Shown: in pieces, positions 12,189-21,781 of the stretch | Layout of the letters: every line of letters begins with the position of its first letter | Numbering within the stretch: position 1 is the first letter of the stretch | Assembly (NCBI GenBank): GCA_963664115.2 | Contig: CAXWPJ010000002.1 | Location: forward strand, 640,001-704,000 | From: Terriglobia bacterium | GTDB taxonomy: Bacteria; Acidobacteriota; Terriglobia; 20CM-2-55-15 | Direction of reading: 5' to 3' | DNA length: 64,000 bases | Position numbers and translations under genes: made by a program | The notes under the pieces: model-generated | Databases searched by the model: none | Told to the model about the DNA's origin: nothing | What the model saw: only the letters and a program-made list of their open reading frames with translations

Positions 12189-13190
12189 ATGAGCCGAACG
12201 GGGCACATGAAACTCACGCTTGCATGCTGGGATTATGACCGGACGCGCCCGATCATGGAAAACCGGGTACGTTTTGATGGTATCGATCTGAATTATTTGA
12301 ACCTCGTGGTTGAGGAAATCTTCTTCCGGCAGATGCGCCATCATGAGTTCGACGTTTCGGAAATGTCGTTTTCTTCTTACCTTGTATCCAGATTCGAAGA
12401 CAGCCCTCCGTTTATCGCCATTCCGGTCTTCCCGTCGCGATCGTTCCGTCACTCCGGCATCTATGTCCACACCAACTCCGGAATCCAGGCTCCCGAGGAC
12501 CTCGTCGGCAAACGTATCGGCTGCGCTGAATACCAGTTGACGGCCAATGTTTGGATTCGCGGAATACTTAACGACGAATACGGCGTCGCACCATCGAGTT
12601 TCTTGACGCTCACCGGTGGCCTGGAACAGCCGGGACGCATCGAAAAGGCGGGCGTTTCGTTGCCTCCCGGCATTCAGTCTGAAGCCATTGGACCCACCCA
12701 GACGCTATCGGAGATGCTGGATCGGGGTGAAATCGATGCGCTGTTTTCTCCACGAGCACCTTCAAGCTTTTTGTCCGGGAGCCCTAATGTCGGACGGCTC
12801 TTCGAAGACAGCTATACGGCCGAACGCGAGTACTATCAGCGGACCAAGATATTCCCGATCATGCACCTGGTGGCAATCCGGAGGGAAGTTTATGAAGAGA
12901 ATCGCTGGGTCGCCCAGTCGCTGCTTAAGGGTTTCGTGGAAGCGCAGCGTATGGCGTATCAGGACCTCCATGAAACAGCTGCGCTCAAGGTCATGCTCCC
13001 CTGGTTGATCCGGCACGTCGCCGATACGGAAGAAATCATGGGTCAGGATTTCTGGGCCTATGGCTACGAATCCAACAAAGAGGTCGTCAATCGTCTGCTC
13101 CGCTATCACCATGAACAAGGACTGTCCGCGCGACAACTGACAGGTGAGGAAATCTTCGCGCCGGAAACACTCGAGTCGTTCAAAATCTAA
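12189..13190 (+). CDS. 4,5-dihydroxyphthalate decarboxylase-like (PhtD/OphC) periplasmic-binding-fold protein
   Basis: LTLACWDYDRT, FDVSEMSFSSY, AIPVFPSRSFRHS, EYQLTANVWIRGIL, IFPIMH, YHHEQGL. Confidence 0.8.
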   Translation: MSRTGHMKLTLACWDYDRTRPIMENRVRFDGIDLNYLNLVVEEIFFRQMRHHEFDVSEMSFSSYLVSRFEDSPPFIAIPVFPSRSFRHSGIYVHTNSGIQAPEDLVGKRIGCAEYQLTANVWIRGILNDEYGVAPSSFLTLTGGLEQPGRIEKAGVSLPPGIQSEAIGPTQTLSEMLDRGEIDALFSPRAPSSFLSGSPNVGRLFEDSYTAEREYYQRTKIFPIMHLVAIRREVYEENRWVAQSLLKGFVEAQRMAYQDLHETAALKVMLPWLIRHVADTEEIMGQDFWAYGYESNKEVVNRLLRYHHEQGLSARQLTGEEIFAPETLESFKI

Positions 13191-13386
13191 TCCAGAAGCC
13201 CGAGACCGGATGGAGGCACTATTGTGCCGGAAGCTGCCGGGGACCGCTCTTCGATGCCCGGCGATCGATCAATCATGTCAAATGATGTCATTTGTCGTCG
13301 CGCTGATCAGGGTCTCCTGATCTTGATCACGACGGTGACTAATGATTGTGAGCTTAGGTAGATAGGTTGTAGAATCCAGTGCGTAA

Positions 13387-13458
<72 letters not shown>

Positions 13459-13496
13459 CTTATCTGTCAATGACTCAGATGATTGGCTGCAAAGTT

Positions 13497-14480
13497 CTAC
13501 CGCGTTTCTACCGCGTTAAGCTCACAAGCCGAATCCAGCGTTTCCACTGCCTCAAGTCGGCTTCGCAGTGATGATTGGGTGTAGACATCCATATGAACAC
13601 CCAGTCCATGCCCCTGCTGATCGCTGATAACTTTCGGGCTTACTCCTAAGTTCTTCCATCAGGTTCGAGTGGGTTCGACGCATTACATGGAAGTCCACCC
13701 AACCGAGACCGACTCGCTCAAACACTGGCCGAATGTGTCGACGCATGAGGTTGTCCTTGGCAAGGGGAGTTGTGAGCCGTTCTGATGGAAATAGCCACCC
13801 ATCAGGTTCGGTATCCGGGCTTTGTCGCTTCCATTCCTCCATTATCCTGCTGCGCGCTAGATGACAGAGCCGCCAGTCTAGGATTCGTTTTCGGCGTATC
13901 TATAAGTCCACGATATATCCGCTCCTGAATATCGACGGATTTGTTGTGGATACGACCCCAACGTAGCCCAAATATTACGCTGGAACGTATCCCCGCAAGG
14001 ATAGCCAGCTTCATGATCAACCGATCCCGTAATGGCAGAACGGTAAACGCCAGCCTGACATCCTCTATACCCATCGTGGGATGTTCCGGCTTCGGACATT
14101 CCTCGGGCGTGAACAACAACGCTGCAGGGTTCTTGTCTGTAATCCCCTCTACGATCGCGGTCTCAAATATTTGATTGAGGTCCCACCGCAGATGATCCAC
14201 GGTGCTGAAAGACATACCGGCCTTCGAGTCTAGGAAGTCCTGTAGCTCGTGCCGCGTGAGACTCCGTAGGTGTCCATTGCCGAAAGTTCCGACGATTTCC
14301 CTGCCAATTCGATCCTTGTTCGTTGCTCCATTTCTTTCTGTAGATGACCAAGTAGACGTTCTCGACGAATTCCTTCACCGTGCAATTTATCGATACCGCA
14401 GAACGGGCATCGATTGCCAGCGTGGCCTGAATGGAGCCAAGTTGACAACATCAGCGGGCAGACCATGTTCTGGAAAATGA
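13497..14480 (-). pseudogene. Tyrosine recombinase/integrase, multiply frameshifted
   Basis: Fragments in different frames: FVENVYL..KKW; LNQIFETA..KNPA..LAGIRS..LRW..TPKT; WLFPS..DFHVMRRT; ISDQQGHGLGVHMDVYTQ (catalytic R, HxxR, H, Y). Confidence 0.88.
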
Positions 14481-14970
14481 GGCTTTGTAACCCTTTTGGG
14501 TAATTGACTTTAATGGGCCTGCTCCATCAGAATATCATCCAAGGACCTAGGCGCTTGACCAATTGAGATCGCGGGCGATTACGGCTGTCAAATTCGATAG
14601 CATCGGCCGGTCGATCAGGGCGGTGTCCTGACCACAGGGAGTGGACGAAATCCGTTCCCCTTCCCGAGCAAGGAGGCAAAGGAGTTTCTCGTAAATAGCT
14701 AGATTCGTTTGAGATATGTTGTTCGCTGTCCGGAGCAAGACGACTCGATCGCGACAGCGAATCCGCCGTTGAAAGCCAGGATCAGGGGCCACACAACCTG
14801 CCAATCTATACCTCTTTATCCTTAGGTCTAGTTTGATCTGCGCTTGCGCCGGGCCACTGACACTGGACTCGAACGCCGATGCAACTGGAATTTGGTGGCG
14901 GAACCTGGACCCGATTTTTTATTTCGTCGAGTGACGAGCCGGGTTCATCGGTTAGCTCTGGAGTATTGCT

Positions 14971-17385
14971 TTGAATCGTCCCTGGATTCTTTCTGTCCTG
15001 ATCCTGTTCCTGATCGCTGGCATCCCGACACTGGCGCGCGCGCAGTCGTCCGGTAGCGTTGAGGGCTTCATTGCCCTGCCGACCGGAGACCCTGTGGGCC
15101 GTGCAACCGTGCTGCTCTCCGGTCTGGACCGCGTGGCCGAAACCGACGCCAATGGCCGCTTTCGTTTCGACAACGTACCGGTAGGGACATATGGCTTGGT
15201 GGCATATCGGTGGCTCATGTCGGCTGAAGTCGACCAGGTTCTGGTCGGGCAAGGTCAGACCGGGAACGTCCGAATGCAGCTCGGGTCTGCCCTGGTGGTA
15301 ATGGAAACAGCCCGGCCGGCCGATCCGGCAAGGCTTGCCGAAGCCCCCGAAGCAGGTCTGGTGGCGTCGGCAAATTCCCAATCTCTTGAAGTGCCTGTGA
15401 ACGCCGTGCAGAACCGTTCGACCCCGATCAGCACGTTTGATATGACCCGTGCCGGAGCCTCGACGCTCGGCGATGCAATGGATTCCCGACTGGGATTTAA
15501 CACCCGAAGCTTCGGCCAGAGTATCTCGCGGCCAATTTTCAGGGGATTCGATGGAGACCGGGTTCTGATCCTCGGAGACGGACTTTCTGGTGGGTCGCTT
15601 GCCTACCATTCAGGTGACCATTTCGAGCCGTTTGCCCCGGGCACGATCGAACGGATCGAGTTCCTGCGCGGGCCTTCGACGTTGTTGTACGGCAACAGCC
15701 TGGTCGGCCGTGCGATCAATGTCGTCGGACCTGGCCGGACCCGAACGCCGGCTTCGGGTGAAGGCTGGCGTGGGCGCACGTCCTCCGGATTCGGCTTCGG
15801 TGACGCGTATGCCGGCAGTTCTGTCCAGGCCGAGTACGCGAGCGGCAACTGGCAGTTTTCGCTGGCCGGTAGCAGTCGCCGCGCCGGTGATTACGACTCG
15901 CCCCTCGGCTCGGTTGAGAACTCCGGGAACGGTCTGGCCGATGGCTCGGTGGGCATTACATGGTTCGACGACTCCGCGTTCATGGGTTTCAATTACAGCG
16001 TTGGTCGAGGAAGCTATGGCATACCGGTCGCACCCGAATTCCGATCTGCTAACGCAGCGATCCCCATACCGGATGCAGTCGATGTCGAGTTCCGTCGACA
16101 TGGTGTTGAGTTGTTCGGTGGCGCTCGTGCTGAGTACCTCGCGTTCGAGGGTTTCGAATTCTCGGCGAGTTACAGTTACTGGGACCACGATGAAATCGAA
16201 ACTTTCAATGATGTTGGTCCGTCCATCGCCACAAATTTCGGAAATCGGGTCTTGAGTTACCGCGCTTGGTTTGACCAGAAACGAGCCGGTGTTCTCGACG
16301 GCCGAATCGGATTCTCCACCTCGACCAGGGAATATCGGGCGAACGGCCGGGAGCAATTGTTGCCATCGGTCCGCCGTAACAATCTTGCGGTGTTTGCCGT
16401 CGAAGAACTCGATCTCAGTCCGTTTCTGTTAGAGATGGGTGGCCGTATCGATTATGCGGGAGATGGAGTGCGCGGCTTGCTGACCCGCCGGATCAACCCT
16501 CTTGACGCGGACGCCGGATTCGCGCAGGACTTTTTCCGGGGTCGGTCCTTTGTCGGGGGAACAGGATCCCTTGGCGCGAGTGTCCAGGCCTGGGACATCG
16601 GAGAATTCAGGGTCGACCTGACCAGTGGGTACCGGCAACCCGCAATCGAGGAGCTCTATAGTTTCGGTGCGCATGTCGGCCGTCTCACTTTCGACATCGG
16701 CGACGTCACCCTGCGAGCTGAGCGTTCCAACGGGGCCGAGATCTCATTCACCCACACGCGTCCACGGTTCAGTGCCGAGATGGATGTGTTCTATTACGAC
16801 ATCAAGAACTTCGTCTATTTCGGCCTGAACCAGAATTTCTTGCAGGGCCTTATGGAGGCGGAGTACCAACAGGGGCCGGCCCGGTTCAGCGGCGTTGAGC
16901 TGGCGCTGGATTTCCAACTGCACCGTTCAACCAGGCTGAAAGTTGGGATGGAAACCGTCCAGGCCACGCTCAGGGATCTGGGTACCTCCCCTCCCCGGCT
17001 TCCACCGTTTCGCGCAAGGTTCGGTCTGGACTACCGCCTCGGAGGTCTCCGTTTCAGTCCGGAGCTCATCGTGGCTGATTCCCGTGAGGAGGTGTTTTCG
17101 GGAGAGAATCCAACTCCCGGGTACGGACTGGTCAACATGGCCGCTTCCTATACGCTACCCCGCGAAAACATGTCGCATCAATTTGCGTTCAATGTCTTCA
17201 ACTTAGGGGACAAGCTTTACCGGGACCACAACAGCCTGCTCAAGCGCCTGGTGCCCGCATGGGGCCGTGGCTTCCGGATCACCTACGCGATGGAGTTCAC
17301 CAGACCGGCGCCTTCCGGTGGTGCATCGTCTTTCGATCAGGAAGGCCTGGGGTTGGCTGCGGGCGGGCCGACGCCATTGGACTGA
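14971..17385 (+). CDS. TonB-dependent receptor with N-terminal carboxypeptidase-regulatory-like domain (ZnuD-like motifs)
   Basis: Signal peptide; TDANGRFRF N-domain; plug SRPIFRGFDGDRV, GDH, IEFLRGPSTLLYG; barrel end VFNLGDKLY..GRGFRITY. Confidence 0.88.
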   Translation: MNRPWILSVLILFLIAGIPTLARAQSSGSVEGFIALPTGDPVGRATVLLSGLDRVAETDANGRFRFDNVPVGTYGLVAYRWLMSAEVDQVLVGQGQTGNVRMQLGSALVVMETARPADPARLAEAPEAGLVASANSQSLEVPVNAVQNRSTPISTFDMTRAGASTLGDAMDSRLGFNTRSFGQSISRPIFRGFDGDRVLILGDGLSGGSLAYHSGDHFEPFAPGTIERIEFLRGPSTLLYGNSLVGRAINVVGPGRTRTPASGEGWRGRTSSGFGFGDAYAGSSVQAEYASGNWQFSLAGSSRRAGDYDSPLGSVENSGNGLADGSVGITWFDDSAFMGFNYSVGRGSYGIPVAPEFRSANAAIPIPDAVDVEFRRHGVELFGGARAEYLAFEGFEFSASYSYWDHDEIETFNDVGPSIATNFGNRVLSYRAWFDQKRAGVLDGRIGFSTSTREYRANGREQLLPSVRRNNLAVFAVEELDLSPFLLEMGGRIDYAGDGVRGLLTRRINPLDADAGFAQDFFRGRSFVGGTGSLGASVQAWDIGEFRVDLTSGYRQPAIEELYSFGAHVGRLTFDIGDVTLRAERSNGAEISFTHTRPRFSAEMDVFYYDIKNFVYFGLNQNFLQGLMEAEYQQGPARFSGVELALDFQLHRSTRLKVGMETVQATLRDLGTSPPRLPPFRARFGLDYRLGGLRFSPELIVADSREEVFSGENPTPGYGLVNMAASYTLPRENMSHQFAFNVFNLGDKLYRDHNSLLKRLVPAWGRGFRITYAMEFTRPAPSGGASSFDQEGLGLAAGGPTPLD

Positions 17386-17409
17386 TCACACCATATCTGG
17401 AGGAAGAAG

Positions 17410-19056
17410 ATGAAGAAAGCCGATTCCCTGGCTTTTCTCGCGGTGTTTATTTCTCTTCTGCTTTCTGTGCCGACGACGAGGGCTCAGGAAGCGGATTTCG
17501 GCGACATTGAACTCAGGCGGGCGCCGCTTGTCGGGGAGGCCCGGTTGTCGCTGCAGCGGACCGTCGAAATCGCGCTGGAGAGCAACCCCGACCTCGTCGT
17601 GGAAAGGCTCCGAATAGAGCAGTCCCGGGCGGGTGTCGAGGAAGAAAAAGGCGTCTACGACCCAGTCTTTTCCATGTCCGGTCTTGCAGGACGGCGAGAC
17701 AACGTCATCGCGAGTAGATTTTTTCCGACCGGTGAATTCACCGAAGAGAATTTCGTTTACGGTGCCGGCCTGAACGGGGTGACGCACTTGGGATCCCGTT
17801 ACAGTCTGGATCTGAACTATCAACGTCAGATCTCAACGTCGAACACCCAATCTTTGAGTCCCCAGTACTCGGCTACGCTGGATCTGACTTACAGCCAGCC
17901 TCTGTTTCGCGATTTTGGCACCGATGTGACGCTGACCCAACTCCGGATTGCGCAGCGCGAACAGGACATTTCAGAAGAGAATCTGGCGATTGGTCTGACC
18001 AGCCTGATCTTCGAGGTCGTCGAATCGTACTGGAACCTGGTCTTTGCCACCGAGGACCTGGCTGTACGTCGCGCAAGCTTCGAACTGGCTGAAGCTTTGC
18101 TCGAGCAGACCGAAACGCTTTTTGAATCCGGACAATTATCTGAACTCGACGTCCTCGAGGCGCGGGCGGGTGTCTTCGAGCGACGCGAAGACGTAATCCG
18201 CTTCGAGAACCAAGTCGCTGGGGTCGAAGATCTCCTCAAAATTCTGATGTACGCGGACATGGCAGTTGTGAGCGTGACGCCGACCGAGCCGCTGATCGTA
18301 GTCCCCGTAGATCCGAACCCTCAGGAAAGCAACGACCGGGCTCTGGGTCGACGACCCGAGATCTTGAGGCTCCAGACCGTGCTCGAGCAGCGGCAGAACG
18401 AAACGATTTTTGCGTCCAACCAGGTGCGCCCACGCATCGACCTGAACTTGACGTACGGGATGAGTGGGCTGTCGGGAAGACCCAACTTGACACTCGTAAA
18501 TCCTGGAAATCCGCTACAGGGTTTTGCCGGAAGCACCGTCGCCGGTTCGGTGTTTGCGGGCCTGACACGGCCTCTGGGCGCGTTCAATCGGTTCTTCAGC
18601 GGCGACTCCTTCGACAACTGGAGTGTCGAGTTGCGTGTGGAACTACCCCTGCGCAATCGAACCGCTGAAGCCCGACTTGCCAATGCGGGACTGCGCGAGA
18701 AAGAAAGCCAGGTCACGCTGGCCACCGTTGAGGAACAGGTCGTATTCGAAATCCGCCAGGCGCTGAGGGACCTTTCCACGGCAACCGAGAGCATCGATGC
18801 GTCGCGCGAGGCAGTCCGCTATGTTGAGGACCAGCTCGTTGCGACGCGTACGCGGTTCGAAGCCGGCCTGTCAACCAGCTACGACGTTCTGCGTGTGCTC
18901 GAAACGCTGGCCCTGTCACGGCGGCGCGAGTTGCAGGCCTTGACCGACCACAACATTGCCCGCGCTGCGTTGAGTCTGGCCGAAGGCCGTATTCTGGAAG
19001 ACTTCAACGTCGAGGTGGGTGGGGCATCCCGCTCCAATTCGGGGACATCCTTTTAG
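17410..19056 (+). CDS. TolC-family outer membrane channel
   Basis: GGAGG RBS; signal peptide; LSLQRTVEIALESNPDL, YSQPLFR, VVESYWNL, RFEAGLSTSYDVL. Confidence 0.92.
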   Translation: MKKADSLAFLAVFISLLLSVPTTRAQEADFGDIELRRAPLVGEARLSLQRTVEIALESNPDLVVERLRIEQSRAGVEEEKGVYDPVFSMSGLAGRRDNVIASRFFPTGEFTEENFVYGAGLNGVTHLGSRYSLDLNYQRQISTSNTQSLSPQYSATLDLTYSQPLFRDFGTDVTLTQLRIAQREQDISEENLAIGLTSLIFEVVESYWNLVFATEDLAVRRASFELAEALLEQTETLFESGQLSELDVLEARAGVFERREDVIRFENQVAGVEDLLKILMYADMAVVSVTPTEPLIVVPVDPNPQESNDRALGRRPEILRLQTVLEQRQNETIFASNQVRPRIDLNLTYGMSGLSGRPNLTLVNPGNPLQGFAGSTVAGSVFAGLTRPLGAFNRFFSGDSFDNWSVELRVELPLRNRTAEARLANAGLREKESQVTLATVEEQVVFEIRQALRDLSTATESIDASREAVRYVEDQLVATRTRFEAGLSTSYDVLRVLETLALSRRRELQALTDHNIARAALSLAEGRILEDFNVEVGGASRSNSGTSF

Positions 19057-19069
19057 TCTGGAGCCCAAC

Positions 19070-19885
19070 ATGAAATCAACGATTCGAATAATGTGCGGCG
19101 TGTTGGCCCTCGGCGTCGGCTCTGGCCAGTTTCTTGCTCAACAAGCCGCGACCGGTGTCGTGCGAGCCGAAGAGGCCGTCATCGTTCGCAGCGAAGTTGT
19201 GGGCATCGTCGACCAAATCGATGTCCAGGAAGGCCAGCGCATATCGGAAGGCGAGCCGCTCGTGCACCTGCGGAAGGACCTCCAGGAGATCGGTCTCCGC
19301 CTCGCAGCGGCACGGCTGGATCGGGCTGAAGCCACCGCGGCCGCCTCGGAGGTGACGCTTGAGAATGCCCGGCACACTCTGGCACGAGTGGAAGTCGCGG
19401 CAACTGCGCTGACCGAAAAGGAATACGAGGACGTCATCGATGAGGTGCACCGTTTGGAGGCGCTGCTAAAGGCGCAGGAGGCCGAGGTCGTCGAGTTCCG
19501 CGTGGAGCAGGATCTTCGCCAGCAGGAGTTTGACGCCCGCTCGATTCGTGCCCCCTTCGACGGTACCGTCACAGCGGTCTATCTGGTGCGGGGCGACGCC
19601 GTGGCGCCTCTGGAAACGCCGATTCTGGCCCTCGTGCTTCTGGATCAACTGTACGTCGAGCTGGCACTGCCGGTGTCTGAACTCCCCAGACTCGCAGAAG
19701 GCATGCGGGTTGGAATCGACGTGGAAAGCGAAGTCCTTGGCCCGGCCGGACAGGTGGGCGGTGTCATCCGATATATCAATCCCACCGTCGACCCGTCGAG
19801 TCGCACGTTCCTGGTTAAAGTCGGATTTTCCGATCCGCCCGGACAGATCCGACCTGGAATGCGGGCTGACGTCGAGCTGCCATGA
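19070..19885 (+). CDS. Membrane-fusion (periplasmic adaptor) protein
   Basis: Lipoyl half-motifs GIVDQIDVQEGQ and IRAPFDGTV, coiled hairpin, INPTVDPSSRTF, RPGM. Confidence 0.9.
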   Translation: MKSTIRIMCGVLALGVGSGQFLAQQAATGVVRAEEAVIVRSEVVGIVDQIDVQEGQRISEGEPLVHLRKDLQEIGLRLAAARLDRAEATAAASEVTLENARHTLARVEVAATALTEKEYEDVIDEVHRLEALLKAQEAEVVEFRVEQDLRQQEFDARSIRAPFDGTVTAVYLVRGDAVAPLETPILALVLLDQLYVELALPVSELPRLAEGMRVGIDVESEVLGPAGQVGGVIRYINPTVDPSSRTFLVKVGFSDPPGQIRPGMRADVELP

Positions 19886-19912
19886 TGCCTGGAGACATTC
19901 GATAAGGTTTAA

Positions 19913-21775
19913 ATGGAATACAGAGACGAACACCATGATGAGTCGGCGCCGGCCGACCTGATCGACGAGCTGGAAAGCCTTAGACGTTTCAATGGCCCGC
20001 CGGCACAGTTCTGGCCGCTGTTTCTGGAAAAGGCCGGCATGTTGGTGACGGCCCATCTGGCCGTGCTGCTGATGTTTTCCACCGACGACAAGTCCTGGAA
20101 GCGTATGGCCCTGTGGCCTGAGAGCGAGAAGGACACGCTCAAGATGCCGAAGCTGACCGGCGATATCGAGCGGGTGGCCGGTCGTTCCCTGGCCGAACGG
20201 TCCGCGATCAGCTCCGATGATCTTCCACCCGAACTGGGCGATGCCTGCCTGATCGGCCTTCGTCTCGGGACCGGGCAGGATGTCCAGGTCGTGGCCGTCT
20301 TCATCATCGGGAACTCGACCTACACCGATGCCGAAGAGGCGCGAATGCGCCTCAGCCTGATTGCCGATACGCCGAGCCTCTATCAACTCGGGCGCCTGTT
20401 TGACCAGACGCGATCCGATGTCGGCAAGTTCAGCGATTCGCTCGACCTGACGGTCCTGATCAACGACCAGACCCGCTACGTCGCAGCCGCGATGACGCTA
20501 TGCAACGAAGTCGCCTCCCGATTCAACTGCGATCGCGTGTCGCTGGGCTGGTTGAAGGACGGCTATGTCCGGGTCCAGGCCATCAGCCACATCGAACGCT
20601 TCGAGAAGAAGATGGACGTGGTTCAGGCGCTGGAGGCCGTCATGGAAGAGGCTCTGGACCAGGACACGGAAATCGTCTGGCCTTCGCCCCCTGAGGGCCA
20701 CTTCATCACCCGCAGCCACGAGTCGTTTTCGAAACGCGAAGGCGCTTCCGACATCGTGTCGCTTCCGATGCGGATCGAAGGGGTTCCGGTTGCGGTTCTC
20801 ACCTGCGAACGGAGCGGTGATTCGTTCGCTGAAGAAACCGTCCGCGGACTACGACTGCTTTCCGACCTGGCCACACGTCGCCTGGGCGATCTTCGCGACC
20901 GGGACCGGTGGATCGGCGCCCGGGTGGCCGGGGCGGTTCGTGACGGTGCCGGGCGTCTGGTGGGCGTCGAACACACCTTCGCCAAGCTCGCCGGCATCGT
21001 GCTGATGGGTCTTCTGGCGTTCGGAATTTTCGGAACCCTGGAATACCGCGTCGAAGCGCCGTTCGTTCTCAAGTCCGACGATGTCGTCTACGTGTCGGCG
21101 CCTTTTGACGGGTTCATCGATCAGGTGCCCATTGACGTCGGCGATCCGGTGGAACCCGGTGATCTGTTGCTCAGTTTTGACACGCGCGAACTCCTCCTTC
21201 AGGAAGCCACGGCGATCGCAAACCAGATCCGTTACGAGCGGGAAGCCGAGCAGGCCCGGGCCCAGCGCGCAACCGCCGACATGATGATCGCTGAAGCGCT
21301 GGCCGACCAGGCCGGGGCGCAACTGGCACTGGTGCGGCACTTTATTGAACGGGCCGAGGTGCGGGCGCCGTTCAACGGCATTGTCGTGGAGGGCGATCTT
21401 CAGGAACTGTTGGGGACACCGGCTCAAAAGGGAGATGCGCTGTTCCGGATCGCCCGGACCGAGAACCTGTACGCCGAACTCGAACTCGATGAGCGGGACG
21501 CCCAGGACGTGTCGGAGGTGTCGACCGGCGAGATCGCTTTCCTGACCCGCCCGGATCTGGTTTTCCCGATCGTGGTTGAACGGACCGATCCGGTGACGGT
21601 GACCCGCGACGCAGATAATGTCTTCATCGTTCGCGCTAACCTGTCGGGCGAAGCCTCAGACTGGTGGCGGCCCGGCATGAGCGGCATCGCCAAGATCAAT
21701 GCGGGGCGGAGAAACGTCCTCTGGATCCTTACGCACCGAACGATCGATTTTTTGCGAATGTACCTGTGGTGGTAA
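19913..21775 (+). CDS. GAF-domain plus HlyD-family adaptor fusion
   Basis: N-terminal GAF-like region (CDRVSLG, MEEALDQD, SLPM..VAVLTCER), one TM helix, SAPFDG and VRAPFNG lipoyl motifs, RPGMSGIAKI. Confidence 0.82.
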   Translation: MEYRDEHHDESAPADLIDELESLRRFNGPPAQFWPLFLEKAGMLVTAHLAVLLMFSTDDKSWKRMALWPESEKDTLKMPKLTGDIERVAGRSLAERSAISSDDLPPELGDACLIGLRLGTGQDVQVVAVFIIGNSTYTDAEEARMRLSLIADTPSLYQLGRLFDQTRSDVGKFSDSLDLTVLINDQTRYVAAAMTLCNEVASRFNCDRVSLGWLKDGYVRVQAISHIERFEKKMDVVQALEAVMEEALDQDTEIVWPSPPEGHFITRSHESFSKREGASDIVSLPMRIEGVPVAVLTCERSGDSFAEETVRGLRLLSDLATRRLGDLRDRDRWIGARVAGAVRDGAGRLVGVEHTFAKLAGIVLMGLLAFGIFGTLEYRVEAPFVLKSDDVVYVSAPFDGFIDQVPIDVGDPVEPGDLLLSFDTRELLLQEATAIANQIRYEREAEQARAQRATADMMIAEALADQAGAQLALVRHFIERAEVRAPFNGIVVEGDLQELLGTPAQKGDALFRIARTENLYAELELDERDAQDVSEVSTGEIAFLTRPDLVFPIVVERTDPVTVTRDADNVFIVRANLSGEASDWWRPGMSGIAKINAGRRNVLWILTHRTIDFLRMYLWW

Positions 21776-21781
21776 TGATCG

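Noticed and set aside
14547-14804. 85-aa minus-strand ORF between the integrase remnant and the TBDR
   Set aside because: No RBS or recognisable motif; cannot be supported.
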